IMG/VR virus record: IMGVR_UViG_3300020276_000001
Coordinates: 1 to 64,000 of that record
Reading direction: 5' to 3' (one strand)
Length of the DNA: 64,000 nucleotides
DNA from: a virus
Lineage: Duplodnaviria > Caudoviricetes
Below are positions 1 to 11,310 of this stretch, piece after piece. The position numbers were made by a program, and so were the translations under genes. The stretch's first letter is position 1; the number at the start of each line of letters is the position of its first letter. The notes under the pieces are model-generated. The model saw only the letters and a program-made list of their open reading frames with translations, ran no database searches and was not told where the DNA came from.

Positions 1-3000
1 TGAATGTAATCATCATCTTTATATTTTGTAGGGAACGGTTTATGATCATAGCCGTCTGGTTTTAAATAAGTTTCAAACGGTCTTTGTCTATAGATTAAAT
101 CTGTTTCTTGTCCTGTTATAGAACTTACAAGTTCTACAGGTTGAGGAGTTAATCTAAATTTAGCTTCGTCTAACTTGTATTCAACTTCGTCAAAGGACTG
201 TGATGATCCTAGTTGGCCAAGTCTCACTGCCCATTCTTCATAGAACTCTACACTATCCGTTGTAGTATTTGATAATGCATCAAACAGTTTAGTTAGTGAA
301 TTTTTTGTACCCTTGTCTTGAATAAATCCTTGATAGAATTTGTACTGTGAAACATCATCATTAATAATATTTTCTAAGTATTGACGTTTTTGATAACCAA
401 TTAGATGTTGTGCAACTTTTTGTTGACCTTCATCAAAGTTATCTGTGTCTAAGTCATAAAAGTCACCAAACTGTTTTGCTTTATAGTCTAGGTTTGCAAT
501 CAATCCAGACTGTGGTTTTGTACGTAAACGTTCCCAGCTAGACTCATCAAAAATTTCTGATCCGGGTACTTTTACTTTTGCAACATAATAAAATTCTTTA
601 TACTTAACTGTATCGCCAAGTGCGTAATCTGTCCATGTATCCCATTCAGTAATCTTAACATCATCAAAAACAAATCCTGGAATATTAAATCCACCAGTCC
701 ATTGATCAGTTCTATATCCTAATACCTTAATTCTTTCTTGTCTATATCCTGGTTCTAAATCATAAATGTAATCTTTGAATACAGTGGTGTTGTCAAGTAA
801 TACAACGTGTTCAACTTGTATTAAAGGAATCTTAACAGCATAGATTCCATCTGCTGTATTCTTGGTAGTAATTTCCATATAGTTGTCGTTATCTCTATAT
901 GTGTTTACAAATGCTTGTAATAACTTTTTACCATCTGCTTTGAACATATTGTAACCGTAGAAGTTATCAAAAATATTATCTGCAACATGATTTTCTTTGT
1001 AAAAACAAAGTTTGTTAGCACCTGCACTTAAAGTTATAACACTATTCTCTGCCCAGTTCTGTGTAGTCCAGAACATAAACTCTCTTGCACTTAGGCGCCA
1101 ATCTTCAACTTGGTTTATTTCTGTGTTGTATTGTTCAAACTTAAACCCTTGTGCATTTAGATATCTTTCATATCCTAATAGAAAATCAACAACTCCTTGT
1201 ATAGTCCTAAACATAGTACCATAAGCTAACTCTAACGGTTCGTCGTTGATTCCTTCATTCCATTGTTTATGGAATATTGCTGTTCTTCCTCCTGTTGTAG
1301 GTAGTTCAGCTAATTTAACAAATTTTGATTGGTCAAAATTATCACCAGCAACGTGTTGTGTTTCAGTCATATAATATTGACTTCCAAACTCAACAATTAG
1401 CCCTGGGCTATAACTTTGTCCACTTGACCAAGTTACAAAACTTTCTGTAACTCCGCCGACCCTTGCTACCGGATCATCTGCAAGTTCAACAGGTGAATAG
1501 TATTTGAAGTAAGGGTTATTATAGTTGTATCCTCTAACAATAAATCCAGCGGCAACTTTTTCTATAATTACACCACTGTATGGAATAAGATCAATTACGC
1601 TACTCTTATTAAGAAATACTTGATAGTTTTCTTCTGGAACAAAAACATTACCTTCATTATAAGGAGTTCTTGAATCTAGTGCTAGTTTAAATTTAGTTTT
1701 TTCTGTATATCCACCAATCTTTAATCCTAGTTGGTTGGTAACATTTTTTAGATCAGTTTTGAATTGTGAATAATACTTAATTGTTTTGCTGTTCATGTAT
1801 TCAGCAATATAGTTTACAAGTCCTGATGTAGTTACTCTTGTTGTATCCTGATCCGTATTAGGAAATACTAAATCTTCTAATCTAAGTCTTTTGTTAGTTT
1901 CACTATAGATAACTTCTTTAGCAGGATTACGTTTAATTCTTGCTCTATCATATCCTAGTCCTATAATTTTAGTTGGTTGGTTAAGCATCCAAGCTATTAT
2001 TAATGCAAATGGATATTCAGAACTTCTACGCCAAGCAGTTTCAGTAGGTGATTGATCACCAAACACAAATGGATTTTGTGTTCTGTTACTAATGTAATCT
2101 TTTGCATAGTTTGAATCCAACGGACTTAATAAGTTACCACCATCGTCAACTGGAATGTGCTTTGTTAAATTAGTTCTAGCATAGTTGCTATTATAAGTTA
2201 CAGGTTGTCCTGGAATTCTAATTACACCATCTTCAAGATCTTTCCATAAAATTTTATTTTCACTTGTATAAGGAGCCGCACCGTAAACTGTATCCCACCA
2301 AGTTGGTTTTAAACTATATCCTAACATTTCCCATGGATGGGTATGAGGACGATCAGTATCATATGCTTCTTTGTATACTGCTCTCCAGTATCCTGCATTT
2401 TGTTTTCCGCTTGGGCTATTAGTACTGCTATAGTTGTATGTAAAACTATTTGATCTAGTCCAGAAGCTATAGTCTGTGTAATCCGGACTTCCTAGTAAAT
2501 TACTCCATTCTATAAATTCAGATAATAGTGCTTTATCTCTTGAAGCTCTAGTAAATCCTGTATCTCTAGTTTCTCCGCCAATGTATTCGTGTATGTTAAC
2601 CATAGTAGCATCATAGTCAACTTTAATATTATTGTAAATTCTTTTTTCTAGTTCAAGTAATAAGTCGTCTCTGTAATCATTATAAGCAACAAATATATTT
2701 CCATCATGCCCTTGGATAACATTAACCGGTGTTTGGTATGTTGTATCTGAAAACTTTTGAGGAACAAATTTAGGATACAATCCTAACTTGGTCGGTGTAG
2801 GTGGAATATATGATCCATCAGTATTGCTATATTCGTATATGTCAATAGTATCTCCGATAACCTTAGTTTTTGTAATAGTTACAAATCCACTATAGTTTGC
2901 TTCAAATATGTAATCAGTTCCTTCTATAAGCTGTACTCCGTTAATATAAACGTTTACAGCTCTATTACCAACTGACGTAAGATCAAATGCTGTGTTCAAC

Positions 3001-5741
3001 GCATAATATTGTGTGCTTGGATTCTGTACAATATGAGTTGATTTTTTAGAACTTAGGTAACCTATCATGTCACTAAAGTAAAACGGCATATCGCTAGTTT
3101 TACTGTCGTTAAGTTTTTCCATCACTTTATCAAAGTGAATTTTATTTTGTCCATCAAATCCTAAAGTATCTGCTGTCTGTAAAAATAGCTTTCTAAACTT
3201 ACCGTATTCTCTTTTAGCAAATTGTACTGCTTTTATGATGTTAGCATCTTTATTAGTGATATGGTAGTTTGCTAAATTAAAAGGTCCACTATGTTGTAAA
3301 AATTTTGTACCATAAGCAGACAAGTTTCCTAAATCTCTTAGATTACCTGTACCTGGAAAATCACCTACAAAGTCATCACGCATCTCACAGATGCTTTCAA
3401 CATGGTCATTAACTTCTCCTAGTGTAAACGATCCAATGTTATTATTAAGTGGATTGCTTTCTAAGTTTGATGCTATTTCATAAACACCATTTGCGTTTTT
3501 CTTTGTATCACTTTTTGTTTTAATTAAAAGTATATCGTCTTTTACTAAAGGTGTAGTAAAAGTAATATACGCAATCTTATTAATTCTGTTAACAGTATAA
3601 TCTGTAAGAGGTTTTTTACGTTTATTGTTTACATAAACTCTTACCCATAAGTCATTTAAGTTACCACTATCTTTATAAACGTCAACTGCAAAATCATTAT
3701 ATTGTGTATCTATGACATACTGTCTATTAACTAATTGTTTACTATCTTCATATCCTTTAGTCCAACCTGAAGTATATGTAAATGTAGTTCTATCTGTATA
3801 TCTTCTTAAAAGACCAACTTCTGTTTTTGCTGTGGCACTTGCGTTGCTAGTTTGATATGTAAATTCATCCTGTAATAAATTAAAATCAAATACAATATCA
3901 CCTGTATTTTCTAATGCTCTATATGTTAAAGGAAAACCTAATACAGCATCGTTAGTTCCTGTACCTTCTTTGTAAGAAAATAATTTAGTTCCTGCAAAGG
4001 TTGAGTTAGGATAACTTGTTGTATCGTTAAAGTCTACTCCATTCTGATCATATAAGTCAAAGGTTGGAGATTGGTTAACTGCTGTTTTGTCTTGTCCAGC
4101 TTTCCATTTGGTTCCGTTATAAAACCACATCTTTCCTTTATAGTCTGTACCATCTTTGATTAATACAGTTTCATTTAATAAAGGTGTTGTATCTGTTTCT
4201 TCTATTAAGCTGATTTGTCTTACAAAGTTATGTATAATAAATTTAACTTTAAAAATCTTACCTGCGACTCTTGTATCTGGATCAGCAGTAAATAAGATTC
4301 TCATTCCGTCAGCAACGTCTACGCCATCAATGTTGTAACCTATTGCACCTTCAACAGTTGAAAATACATCAGCTGTAAATGTGTCTAGTAAGTCAACGTC
4401 TTGTTTTGCTTCAGTACCAAAGTTCCATAATTTAAGTGTTGGATCAAATTCAATAATTGGTCTTGTAGCTCTACCTGTTTGATTAATATCACTAGGTTCG
4501 TCATTGATTAATGCTGTAGCTTCTAGTACTGACTTATGAAACCACTTGTTATATCTTGACCAAGAACTTTTACTTGTTGAAGCTCTGTTTTGTACAATAT
4601 AATCTTTTGTTGTTGCCCAAGCATTTGCATTACTAAAAGGTGCTCTATCAAACTTTTGACTGTCAAACAGGATTGGCTGATTTGTGCTTACTGTACCAGG
4701 TACTTCAATATCTTTTTCGTTAATAAGTTTTATTTCACTACCCACTCCTTCAACATACCAATTGCCTTCGGCATATTTTGTAGGCGTTACTGTACCTTGG
4801 AAGTTTACTTTCATACCGTTTGACATTTCATATCCGTTTGTCATTGAGTATGTTTTCTTACCAACTATCTCTGCTTCAACATCAATAGCTGTGTTATCTA
4901 AAATATCATAAACTTGTATCAATCCACTTGCATTAATATCATTACCATTTACATAATATAATGTATCTGGTGCAAGTACGTCAACTGTAAATTCAATAGT
5001 TCCTACGTCTGTTGTATGTGTGCTATCGCTAATACCTACACTATAATTGTATGCACTATCTAACGTTCTAGCTGTCTTGATTGACATCGGCATACCTGGG
5101 GTATTGATATCAAACTTATACGTTTGTCCTCTATATAATTTAAGTGTTGGATTCTGTGTTTGTCCATCAGGTGTAAAAAGATATGCTTTATTATCTAAGT
5201 TATCTACACTTGTAACTGTATATGTACTTGTTAATCCTTTTGCTTGTCCAACAACAGGAATACTTAATGGTCCATTTTCTAACCAGTAGTAATCTCTAAA
5301 GTTTGTAAACATATCCCAACAAATACTGGGATTCCAAGCATAATACTCTTGACTGAATAATTTACTATCGTTATCAACAGTACCATTAAATGCTTTAACT
5401 TGATTTTTTAAATCGTTATAGTCTTTGTAAAAAGTTACGTTGTTTAACGTATCCTTAACGACTGTTGCAGGTTCTAATTGATAATTTTCTCTTTGTGTGC
5501 TAACATCACCTACGTAAGTATCAGATGCCTTACGTGCTTTAGCAATTCTTCTACCATAGTAAGAACTAATCTTTTCTGCAACACCTGGATTTAATAACTG
5601 GTCAAGTGTAGCACTTAAGAATTTTTTATTATGTGAAGTCCTAAAATATCTTGGAAGGTGTTCAGCACTGGTCCTAGTGTGGCTAGTGTCTGATGTTCCA
5701 CCTGGTAAAGGATATTCGTTTTGATTATCATCATATGCCAT
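1..5741 (-). CDS. Giant baseplate wedge / virion structural protein (gp7-like position), >1900 aa, truncated at the window edge; absent from the ORF track
   Basis: ATG at 5741-5739 overlaps the gp6 stop (TAATG coupling). It reads MAYDDNQNEYPLPGG...SAEHLPRYFRTSHNKKFLSATLDQL... and the sampled parts read as protein toward the left edge. It follows gp6 in the baseplate operon. Confidence 0.75.
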   Translation of the reverse strand, partial: MAYDDNQNEYPLPGGTSDTSHTRTSAEHLPRYFRTSHNKKFLSATLDQLLNPGVAEKISSYYGRRIAKARKASDTYVGDVSTQRENYQLEPATVVKDTLNNVTFYKDYNDLKNQVKAFNGTVDNDSKLFSQEYYAWNPSICWDMFTNFRDYYWLENGPLSIPVVGQAKGLTSTYTVTSVDNLDNKAYLFTPDGQTQNPTLKLYRGQTYKFDINTPGMPMSIKTARTLDSAYNYSVGISDSTHTTDVGTIEFTVDVLAPDTLYYVNGNDINASGLIQVYDILDNTAIDVEAEIVGKKTYSMTNGYEMSNGMKVNFQGTVTPTKYAEGNWYVEGVGSEIKLINEKDIEVPGTVSTNQPILFDSQKFDRAPFSNANAWATTKDYIVQNRASTSKSSWSRYNKWFHKSVLEATALINDEPSDINQTGRATRPIIEFDPTLKLWNFGTEAKQDVDLLDTFTADVFSTVEGAIGYNIDGVDVADGMRILFTADPDTRVAGKIFKVKFIIHNFVRQISLIEETDTTPLLNETVLIKDGTDYKGKMWFYNGTKWKAGQDKTAVNQSPTFDLYDQNGVDFNDTTSYPNSTFAGTKLFSYKEGTGTNDAVLGFPLTYRALENTGDIVFDFNLLQDEFTYQTSNASATAKTEVGLLRRYTDRTTFTYTSGWTKGYEDSKQLVNRQYVIDTQYNDFAVDVYKDSGNLNDLWVRVYVNNKRKKPLTDYTVNRINKIAYITFTTPLVKDDILLIKTKSDTKKNANGVYEIASNLESNPLNNNIGSFTLGEVNDHVESICEMRDDFVGDFPGTGNLRDLGNLSAYGTKFLQHSGPFNLANYHITNKDANIIKAVQFAKREYGKFRKLFLQTADTLGFDGQNKIHFDKVMEKLNDSKTSDMPFYFSDMIGYLSSKKSTHIVQNPSTQYYALNTAFDLTSVGNRAVNVYINGVQLIEGTDYIFEANYSGFVTITKTKVIGDTIDIYEYSNTDGSYIPPTPTKLGLYPKFVPQKFSDTTYQTPVNVIQGHDGNIFVAYNDYRDDLLLELEKRIYNNIKVDYDATMVNIHEYIGGETRDTGFTRASRDKALLSEFIEWSNLLGSPDYTDYSFWTRSNSFTYNYSSTNSPSGKQNAGYWRAVYKEAYDTDRPHTHPWEMLGYSLKPTWWDTVYGAAPYTSENKILWKDLEDGVIRIPGQPVTYNSNYARTNLTKHIPVDDGGNLLSPLDSNYAKDYISNRTQNPFVFGDQSPTETAWRRSSEYPFALIIAWMLNQPTKIIGLGYDRARIKRNPAKEVIYSETNKRLRLEDLVFPNTDQDTTRVTTSGLVNYIAEYMNSKTIKYYSQFKTDLKNVTNQLGLKIGGYTEKTKFKLALDSRTPYNEGNVFVPEENYQVFLNKSSVIDLIPYSGVIIEKVAAGFIVRGYNYNNPYFKYYSPVELADDPVARVGGVTESFVTWSSGQSYSPGLIVEFGSQYYMTETQHVAGDNFDQSKFVKLAELPTTGGRTAIFHKQWNEGINDEPLELAYGTMFRTIQGVVDFLLGYERYLNAQGFKFEQYNTEINQVEDWRLSAREFMFWTTQNWAENSVITLSAGANKLCFYKENHVADNIFDNFYGYNMFKADGKKLLQAFVNTYRDNDNYMEITTKNTADGIYAVKIPLIQVEHVVLLDNTTVFKDYIYDLEPGYRQERIKVLGYRTDQWTGGFNIPGFVFDDVKITEWDTWTDYALGDTVKYKEFYYVAKVKVPGSEIFDESSWERLRTKPQSGLIANLDYKAKQFGDFYDLDTDNFDEGQQKVAQHLIGYQKRQYLENIINDDVSQYKFYQGFIQDKGTKNSLTKLFDALSNTTTDSVEFYEEWAVRLGQLGSSQSFDEVEYKLDEAKFRLTPQPVELVSSITGQETDLIYRQRPFETYLKPDGYDHKPFPTKYKDDDYI

Positions 5742-8700
5742 TAATAACCACTCCCAGAGCTTCCACTATTTGAACTTGAAGAACTTGAAGAACTTGAAGA
5801 ACTTGAAACTGTTGATGCCGCTGTATAACTAGATCCACTTGTAACACCACTTGAAGTAGTAGCTGTTGATGTAAGAACATTTCCTGATGCTTTTAATTTA
5901 CTTGCCGTAATTGCATCAATAATTGCTACATCATCAACTGTTGCTCCGCTAACAAAAACTTCATCTGCTTCTGACTTGATTTCGTAAAGACTTCCAAATC
6001 CTTGAGAGTCTTGTTTAGGAACAATTACAATGTTTACTAGATCAGGTGCAACTTCGTTCATAATATAAGTAGCCATCTCTGAGAAATGAAACGTATCACC
6101 GAAATCCCAATTTTCTAAAGCAAAGTAGCCATTCATTGCTGAAATAACTCTTGCCTTAATATCGTTATCGTTAACAACCTGATCTGGATTCTTAACTATT
6201 TTAATATTTGCTTGTACTTGAGCATCTGCTTTTGATCCAAATAAAACTTTATATTTTACTGGATGATAAATTACATCATCACTAATAGATTTAATCTTAT
6301 TAATTTCAGCACCGTAGTTGTTAAACAGATTGTCACTGCTAGGTGGTAAAGGTTTATTTACAACCGTACCATCTAGATATCTTCTAAATTCTGTATCATA
6401 AGTTCTTGTTAATAAGTAACTGTCAATTAAGTTACTTGAACTTGGATCAATTCTGCTGTCATCATCTGCTGAATGAACGTAATGGAATTTAAGTCCACTT
6501 CTACCTACGTATGCTTTATAATCAGTTGTTAATGATAGTGTGCCTGCTGTTGAGCTGTATACTTTAAATACGTCTTCAGTAACTAGATAAAATACCTGTC
6601 CATCTGTGTACGTGCTTAATGCACCAACAAGACTTTCACTTTGTTTTACTAGTACACTACCGGAACTATTATCCATATACTTGTAGTCATCAATACCATC
6701 TGATGATGTATATTTTTTCAAGAAAACATATTTTGTTAAAGCATTAGTTGTTTCGTCAACTAGTGCAATAAAAGTTTCAGGATCATCTACAACTCCATCA
6801 GAGTCTGAATCATAAAAACTTACTTCAACTTTTTTACTGTCAATGTATCCGTCTCCGTCTCTATATTCTTTAGATATTTCCCATGGATAATCTATTGTAA
6901 AAGGACTTGTACTATCTGGTTGCGTATTAATACTTAATACTGCAATCTTATCTTTAATAATTTTACCTGTTCTGTTATCAAATATTTTGCTTGTACTATC
7001 ATAATAGAATCTAATTTCTTCATTACTTTCAAAAACGTATCGTTGTGCTCTTGAAGTAACTGTATATTTTTCACCGTCTGTTTCAAATAATACTAACCAA
7101 CTTGAATCTAATGCTTGATCTGTAACATCACCTGTTTTACCTGTGCTAAAATCACTTGAAATATCTAAGTTAGTTGCAGTAATCATTCGCCATTGTCTTA
7201 ACGCACTATCATATCTTAAACCAAATGTTTTATAAGCAAAAATTTGATCTGTAATCTGTGATTGTACATCAGTTAACAACGTTTTACTAAACTTAGGTTT
7301 TAGTTCTGACAGGACAGCATTTGTAGGAATAATATCATTTAGTATAATAGGTCCTGTACCGTCTGTGTTATCAGTTCTTCCATCTCCAGTTACACTTACA
7401 ACTTTTACCCATTTGTAAGTTATTGCGTTAGGATGATCTGCATTGCCAAGCATAAGTGCATGACTGTTGTTTGCCATAAAATGATATCCTGTTGGAGCAA
7501 CAAATTTTAATAGTGTTCCTGGTTCAATAAACTTTAATGCACTAGCAGTAAAACTTCCTACTTGTAATGATGTACTGTTTGCATCAACAAATGATCCTGT
7601 TGATTGATTTGTTGTTGTAGTTTTGCTTGACCATTTTGCACCCAAGTCAGCAACAAGCGTCTTAGGAAAGTTAGTCAAATAATAATTCAACATCTGCTTC
7701 TGGCTTAATATTGGTGTTATAGTGTTTACTAGAACGCCCTGTACGTCTGTTTTAGTACTAAACGTAAAAGATGTTTTATCTGTGTAAGAGTCTTTATAAA
7801 TGACGCCGTCAGCACCATATAAGTTAGTGCTAGAATATTTTCCTGTAGCATCTAATAAATCATAGTATCTTGAAATACCACTTGAAGTTCTGTTTACACT
7901 TTTTACTTTAATAATTTCTTGGCTGATTCCTAAAGGACTTACTTGATAGTCTTCTCCAGTAACCATTCTGTTCTGTGTGTAATATGTACTTGGAGCATTC
8001 TGTCTAATACTTGCATTACTTTCTGAAATGGTTGCATTGTCAACAGTATATTTTAACTCCAACGAAATTGTAAGTGTTTCTTGATTTCCTGTTTTTGATG
8101 TGTAAGGTATTGACACACTGATGTTAACTAAATCTGCTGGAACAATATTGTATTGATCGTTTACACTTGTTCTATAATATGTTCTAAAGTTTCCTTGTGG
8201 TAAGTTACCAAACGTACCATCACTAAAAATTAAATCAACTGAGTCTTGTGATTTACTTAATACTCCAAAGATATTTCTAACATTTTTTCTTATGCTGTTG
8301 TATACAATGTTATTACCTTCTGTTGAATCAACCTTTGACCAAATTTCGTCCTCAGCCCCAATTGAATTTAATCTGTATAACCAAACATCTGTGTTGTTGA
8401 TGTTAGTTGCTTCAAGTCCTATTGTTTGATTCGTGCTAGGAGATGTAATATTAAAAGTACCTGTATCTAATGTACCTTGTCTAAAATGTGAAAAGTATCC
8501 TGTGTTAGAACTTCCAGGTCCTCTTCCGTCATCTCTATATAAAAATCCTAAACTGTTTCCAGGTAGTGGTGCTTCTTCTGATATAACACCGTTATTAACA
8601 TCTGTCGAAACAACTTGAAATTGTAAATTCTTTCCGTCAACGTTTTTACTAAAAGTATAAACAGGAACATCTGTATTACTTGCATCAAATCTGTATTGGT

Positions 8701-9253
8701 ATGTTGGTACTCCTTCAACAGTATCTTTTTTGATAGGTTTACCTACAATGCTGTTTACTGGCAATGACGCATTTAAAACTTTTTCAAACTGTTCTCTCCA
8801 GTTTGTGTTTGCAGGGTCGTTCCATAAAACTGTTTGGTTTGATAGGTTAGTACCATTTGAATCAACTATGTCCTCTGATGTACTTACACTTTCAAATTTA
8901 AGCAATCCGTTTGCTGTTTGATTACGTTTTGGATTGTATGATAAGAGCCTAGCTAAACGTAAAACTGATTCTCTACGTTCAGCTAACTCTAAAAAGTTTT
9001 CTCTAGCATTTAAATCTACGCGGAAAGCAATATTTTGACCTAGGAAAGCTATAAGGTCAATTAATGCAAGGTACTCACTTGATTCAATATAATCGTTAAA
9101 ATCTTCTGGATAATTTTGTCGTATATAGTTGATCATTGTACGACGCAGATTATCAAAGTCATAAGACTTAAATTCTGCATTTCTAAATGACTGATAGACC
9201 TTTTTCCAATCTTCAGCTAACAATAATCTGTTTTGTCTATTTGTTGACGACAT
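5741..9253 (-). CDS. gp6: Baseplate wedge subunit, T4 gp6-like
   Basis: N-terminal SYDFDNLRRTMINYIRQNYPEDFNDY...ENFLELAERRESVLRLARLLSYNPKR and internal ESNASIRQNAP...QNRMVTGEDY are gp6/Baseplate-J signatures; it lies next to gp25. Confidence 0.9.
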   Translation of the reverse strand: MSSTNRQNRLLLAEDWKKVYQSFRNAEFKSYDFDNLRRTMINYIRQNYPEDFNDYIESSEYLALIDLIAFLGQNIAFRVDLNARENFLELAERRESVLRLARLLSYNPKRNQTANGLLKFESVSTSEDIVDSNGTNLSNQTVLWNDPANTNWREQFEKVLNASLPVNSIVGKPIKKDTVEGVPTYQYRFDASNTDVPVYTFSKNVDGKNLQFQVVSTDVNNGVISEEAPLPGNSLGFLYRDDGRGPGSSNTGYFSHFRQGTLDTGTFNITSPSTNQTIGLEATNINNTDVWLYRLNSIGAEDEIWSKVDSTEGNNIVYNSIRKNVRNIFGVLSKSQDSVDLIFSDGTFGNLPQGNFRTYYRTSVNDQYNIVPADLVNISVSIPYTSKTGNQETLTISLELKYTVDNATISESNASIRQNAPSTYYTQNRMVTGEDYQVSPLGISQEIIKVKSVNRTSSGISRYYDLLDATGKYSSTNLYGADGVIYKDSYTDKTSFTFSTKTDVQGVLVNTITPILSQKQMLNYYLTNFPKTLVADLGAKWSSKTTTTNQSTGSFVDANSTSLQVGSFTASALKFIEPGTLLKFVAPTGYHFMANNSHALMLGNADHPNAITYKWVKVVSVTGDGRTDNTDGTGPIILNDIIPTNAVLSELKPKFSKTLLTDVQSQITDQIFAYKTFGLRYDSALRQWRMITATNLDISSDFSTGKTGDVTDQALDSSWLVLFETDGEKYTVTSRAQRYVFESNEEIRFYYDSTSKIFDNRTGKIIKDKIAVLSINTQPDSTSPFTIDYPWEISKEYRDGDGYIDSKKVEVSFYDSDSDGVVDDPETFIALVDETTNALTKYVFLKKYTSSDGIDDYKYMDNSSGSVLVKQSESLVGALSTYTDGQVFYLVTEDVFKVYSSTAGTLSLTTDYKAYVGRSGLKFHYVHSADDDSRIDPSSSNLIDSYLLTRTYDTEFRRYLDGTVVNKPLPPSSDNLFNNYGAEINKIKSISDDVIYHPVKYKVLFGSKADAQVQANIKIVKNPDQVVNDNDIKARVISAMNGYFALENWDFGDTFHFSEMATYIMNEVAPDLVNIVIVPKQDSQGFGSLYEIKSEADEVFVSGATVDDVAIIDAITASKLKASGNVLTSTATTSSGVTSGSSYTAASTVSSSSSSSSSSSSNSGSSGSGY
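5772..5807. repeat. 4 x GAACTTGAA tandem repeat encoding a poly-Ser tail of gp6
   Basis: Read directly from the sequence. Confidence 0.9.
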
Positions 9254-9300
9254 TTGCTTTCCTTAATATTACTATTTATTGTAATCCGTAAAGTACGTAC

Positions 9301-9732
9301 TTAATAAGAGCCTGACTCTTCATCAAAAGTCAACCTCAGTTTTTCTGAAATATTGTATGGCAAATACATCAGATCAACATCAATTATTATTCCGCTCTCA
9401 TACGAATCAATTACTATACTTGAAACAACTATACGTGGATCGCTGTTTACGACCGTTGTAACGTTCTTTGCAATAACTTCTTTCATATCCTCTGTTAAAG
9501 GTTCGTGTATTGCGTCCCATATCACTGTTCCAAATTCTGGATTCATCAGCTTCTCACCCTGTCTAATGTGGAAGTGATTCAATAAATCTTGTTTAATAAG
9601 TCCTATGTCAAACAGCCTTTTGCTGTTATTATTAGGATTAACTGTACTTGTACCCTTATAGGCACGATTAGTAGTAACCGGTTGCTGGTTTACTCCTGAA
9701 GGTACTGTAATTTTTTTATATAAGTCTGCCAT
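9301..9732 (-). CDS. gp25: Baseplate wedge subunit, gp25/GPW family
   Basis: LIKQDLLNHFHIRQGEKLMNPEFGTVIW...DPRI motif; 143 aa; between gp5 and gp6. Confidence 0.9.
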   Translation of the reverse strand: MADLYKKITVPSGVNQQPVTTNRAYKGTSTVNPNNNSKRLFDIGLIKQDLLNHFHIRQGEKLMNPEFGTVIWDAIHEPLTEDMKEVIAKNVTTVVNSDPRIVVSSIVIDSYESGIIIDVDLMYLPYNISEKLRLTFDEESGSY

Positions 9733-9744
9733 AACAATATTTAC

Positions 9745-11310
9745 CTATGCTTTAAATTCCTTTTTGAACACGTCAGCTGTGGTTGATGTTGGTAAAGGAT
9801 TTGCTACTGTAGTCACTAAATCCCTATCTGTAAGTGCAATTTTAAATGCTAACGGGTTTAAATTCTCATGATGTGTCCAAGGTTCAGCTTGTGGTGAACG
9901 TTGTGAAAGAACACCAAGTGTTGTGTGACCAGGTACGCGATGTACGGACAGAGCGGACGCGGTAGCGGCCGTAGCCGCCTGCGGTCCATTCATATGGATT
10001 TCGGAAGCGGTTTCTGTATGGTTGCCTCCGCTGAGTATATCAGTAGTTCCGCCTGCTGTAAGTTTGTTTGCTCCACCTGTGTTTATATCAAAGTCTGAAG
10101 TTGTTGTAATCTTGGTGCTACCGCCCACTAGTATATTTGTATTCTTGTTTGATTCTATCTGCACCCTTCCTTTGAGAATCTTATCTCCAACATAATCTCC
10201 TGATGCTTTTAGGCTTAGATTAGCACCTGCTTCTATTGTAACGTTTCTGTCTGCTGTAAGATTAAAATCATTTGCTGTGTGCATACTGATTGAATCCTGT
10301 GCAAATATATCAATCTTACCATCTGAAGTTAATTCTATCCAAGCAGTACCTCTAGCATTTCCTAGATATATCAAGTCTTCCGTGTTGTGTAAAAGTATTT
10401 GGTGTCCTGTACGTGTACGCAATCTCACAAGTTCGTTGTGCAACAGACCTTTCTGACCTTCCATTTCACCTTGATTTACGTCTGCATAGTCAGGGGCTCC
10501 TTCACTTGCAGATTTCTTTCTTAGGTACTTGTCATTACCATCATCAAAAACAAAACTTGTTCCACCAAGTCTTGCCTTGAACACACTTGTATTGTCGTCC
10601 TTTGAACCTATCTTAACCTGTGGTGATCCAGGACTCTTGTCTACAGGTCCAGGTGTGCTTATCCCAAATACTGCACTAGGCACTTCACGCCTTGCACTTG
10701 AACTTGTTATACCACGTGTTTCATCTTCCAACAATCCTTGTGCAACAAGGTTGTCAGTAAATGTTTTTTGATAGGGTTTTAAATATCTAGTAGGGTCTTG
10801 TTGTGTTCCAGGATTTAATACTTTGTTGTATTCACTTGCTGGTAACTTTTTACCTTTTAGGTTATCTGGAACATCTTCGTTAAGAAGTGTTGTTGCGGCA
10901 TGACCCGGTACACTAAAGTTCATAAACTTGTCTTGTACAACACCTAACCAGTAACACATATTAGGATTACCTTCTGCAAATATAACCAATACTGTCGTTC
11001 CTACATCTGGTGGAACCATCCACATACCGTAGCTCTGTTGGCTGTCTTTGTATCCTGTATTCTTTGTACTTCCAAACCCAGGAGTTGATCCTCCAAATGG
11101 TTGCAGATATTTTGCTGTATATAATTCGCCGTCTGCAAAAGCAATACCTTGCGACTCGTTCATTTTTCTTAGTTGTACAGTTATGGCTCCATGGAATTCA
11201 GGATCTAAATTGTTTATAACAACAGCTTCAAACGGACCAGGTTTAAATTCAGGAGAGGTATACTTACTGGTCCTGTCTATGTTTTGATTTTTTTCTGGTA
11301 ATCCAGCCAT
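9745..11310 (-). CDS. gp5: Baseplate central spike, gp5/VgrG-like (OB fold plus beta-helix, no recognisable lysozyme domain)
   Basis: SYGMWMVPPDVGTTVLVIFAEG OB-fold motif, RLRTRTGHQILLHNTE and Thr/Gly-rich beta-helix repeats ending EIHMNG. Confidence 0.8.
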   Translation of the reverse strand: MAGLPEKNQNIDRTSKYTSPEFKPGPFEAVVINNLDPEFHGAITVQLRKMNESQGIAFADGELYTAKYLQPFGGSTPGFGSTKNTGYKDSQQSYGMWMVPPDVGTTVLVIFAEGNPNMCYWLGVVQDKFMNFSVPGHAATTLLNEDVPDNLKGKKLPASEYNKVLNPGTQQDPTRYLKPYQKTFTDNLVAQGLLEDETRGITSSSARREVPSAVFGISTPGPVDKSPGSPQVKIGSKDDNTSVFKARLGGTSFVFDDGNDKYLRKKSASEGAPDYADVNQGEMEGQKGLLHNELVRLRTRTGHQILLHNTEDLIYLGNARGTAWIELTSDGKIDIFAQDSISMHTANDFNLTADRNVTIEAGANLSLKASGDYVGDKILKGRVQIESNKNTNILVGGSTKITTTSDFDINTGGANKLTAGGTTDILSGGNHTETASEIHMNGPQAATAATASALSVHRVPGHTTLGVLSQRSPQAEPWTHHENLNPLAFKIALTDRDLVTTVANPLPTSTTADVFKKEFKA

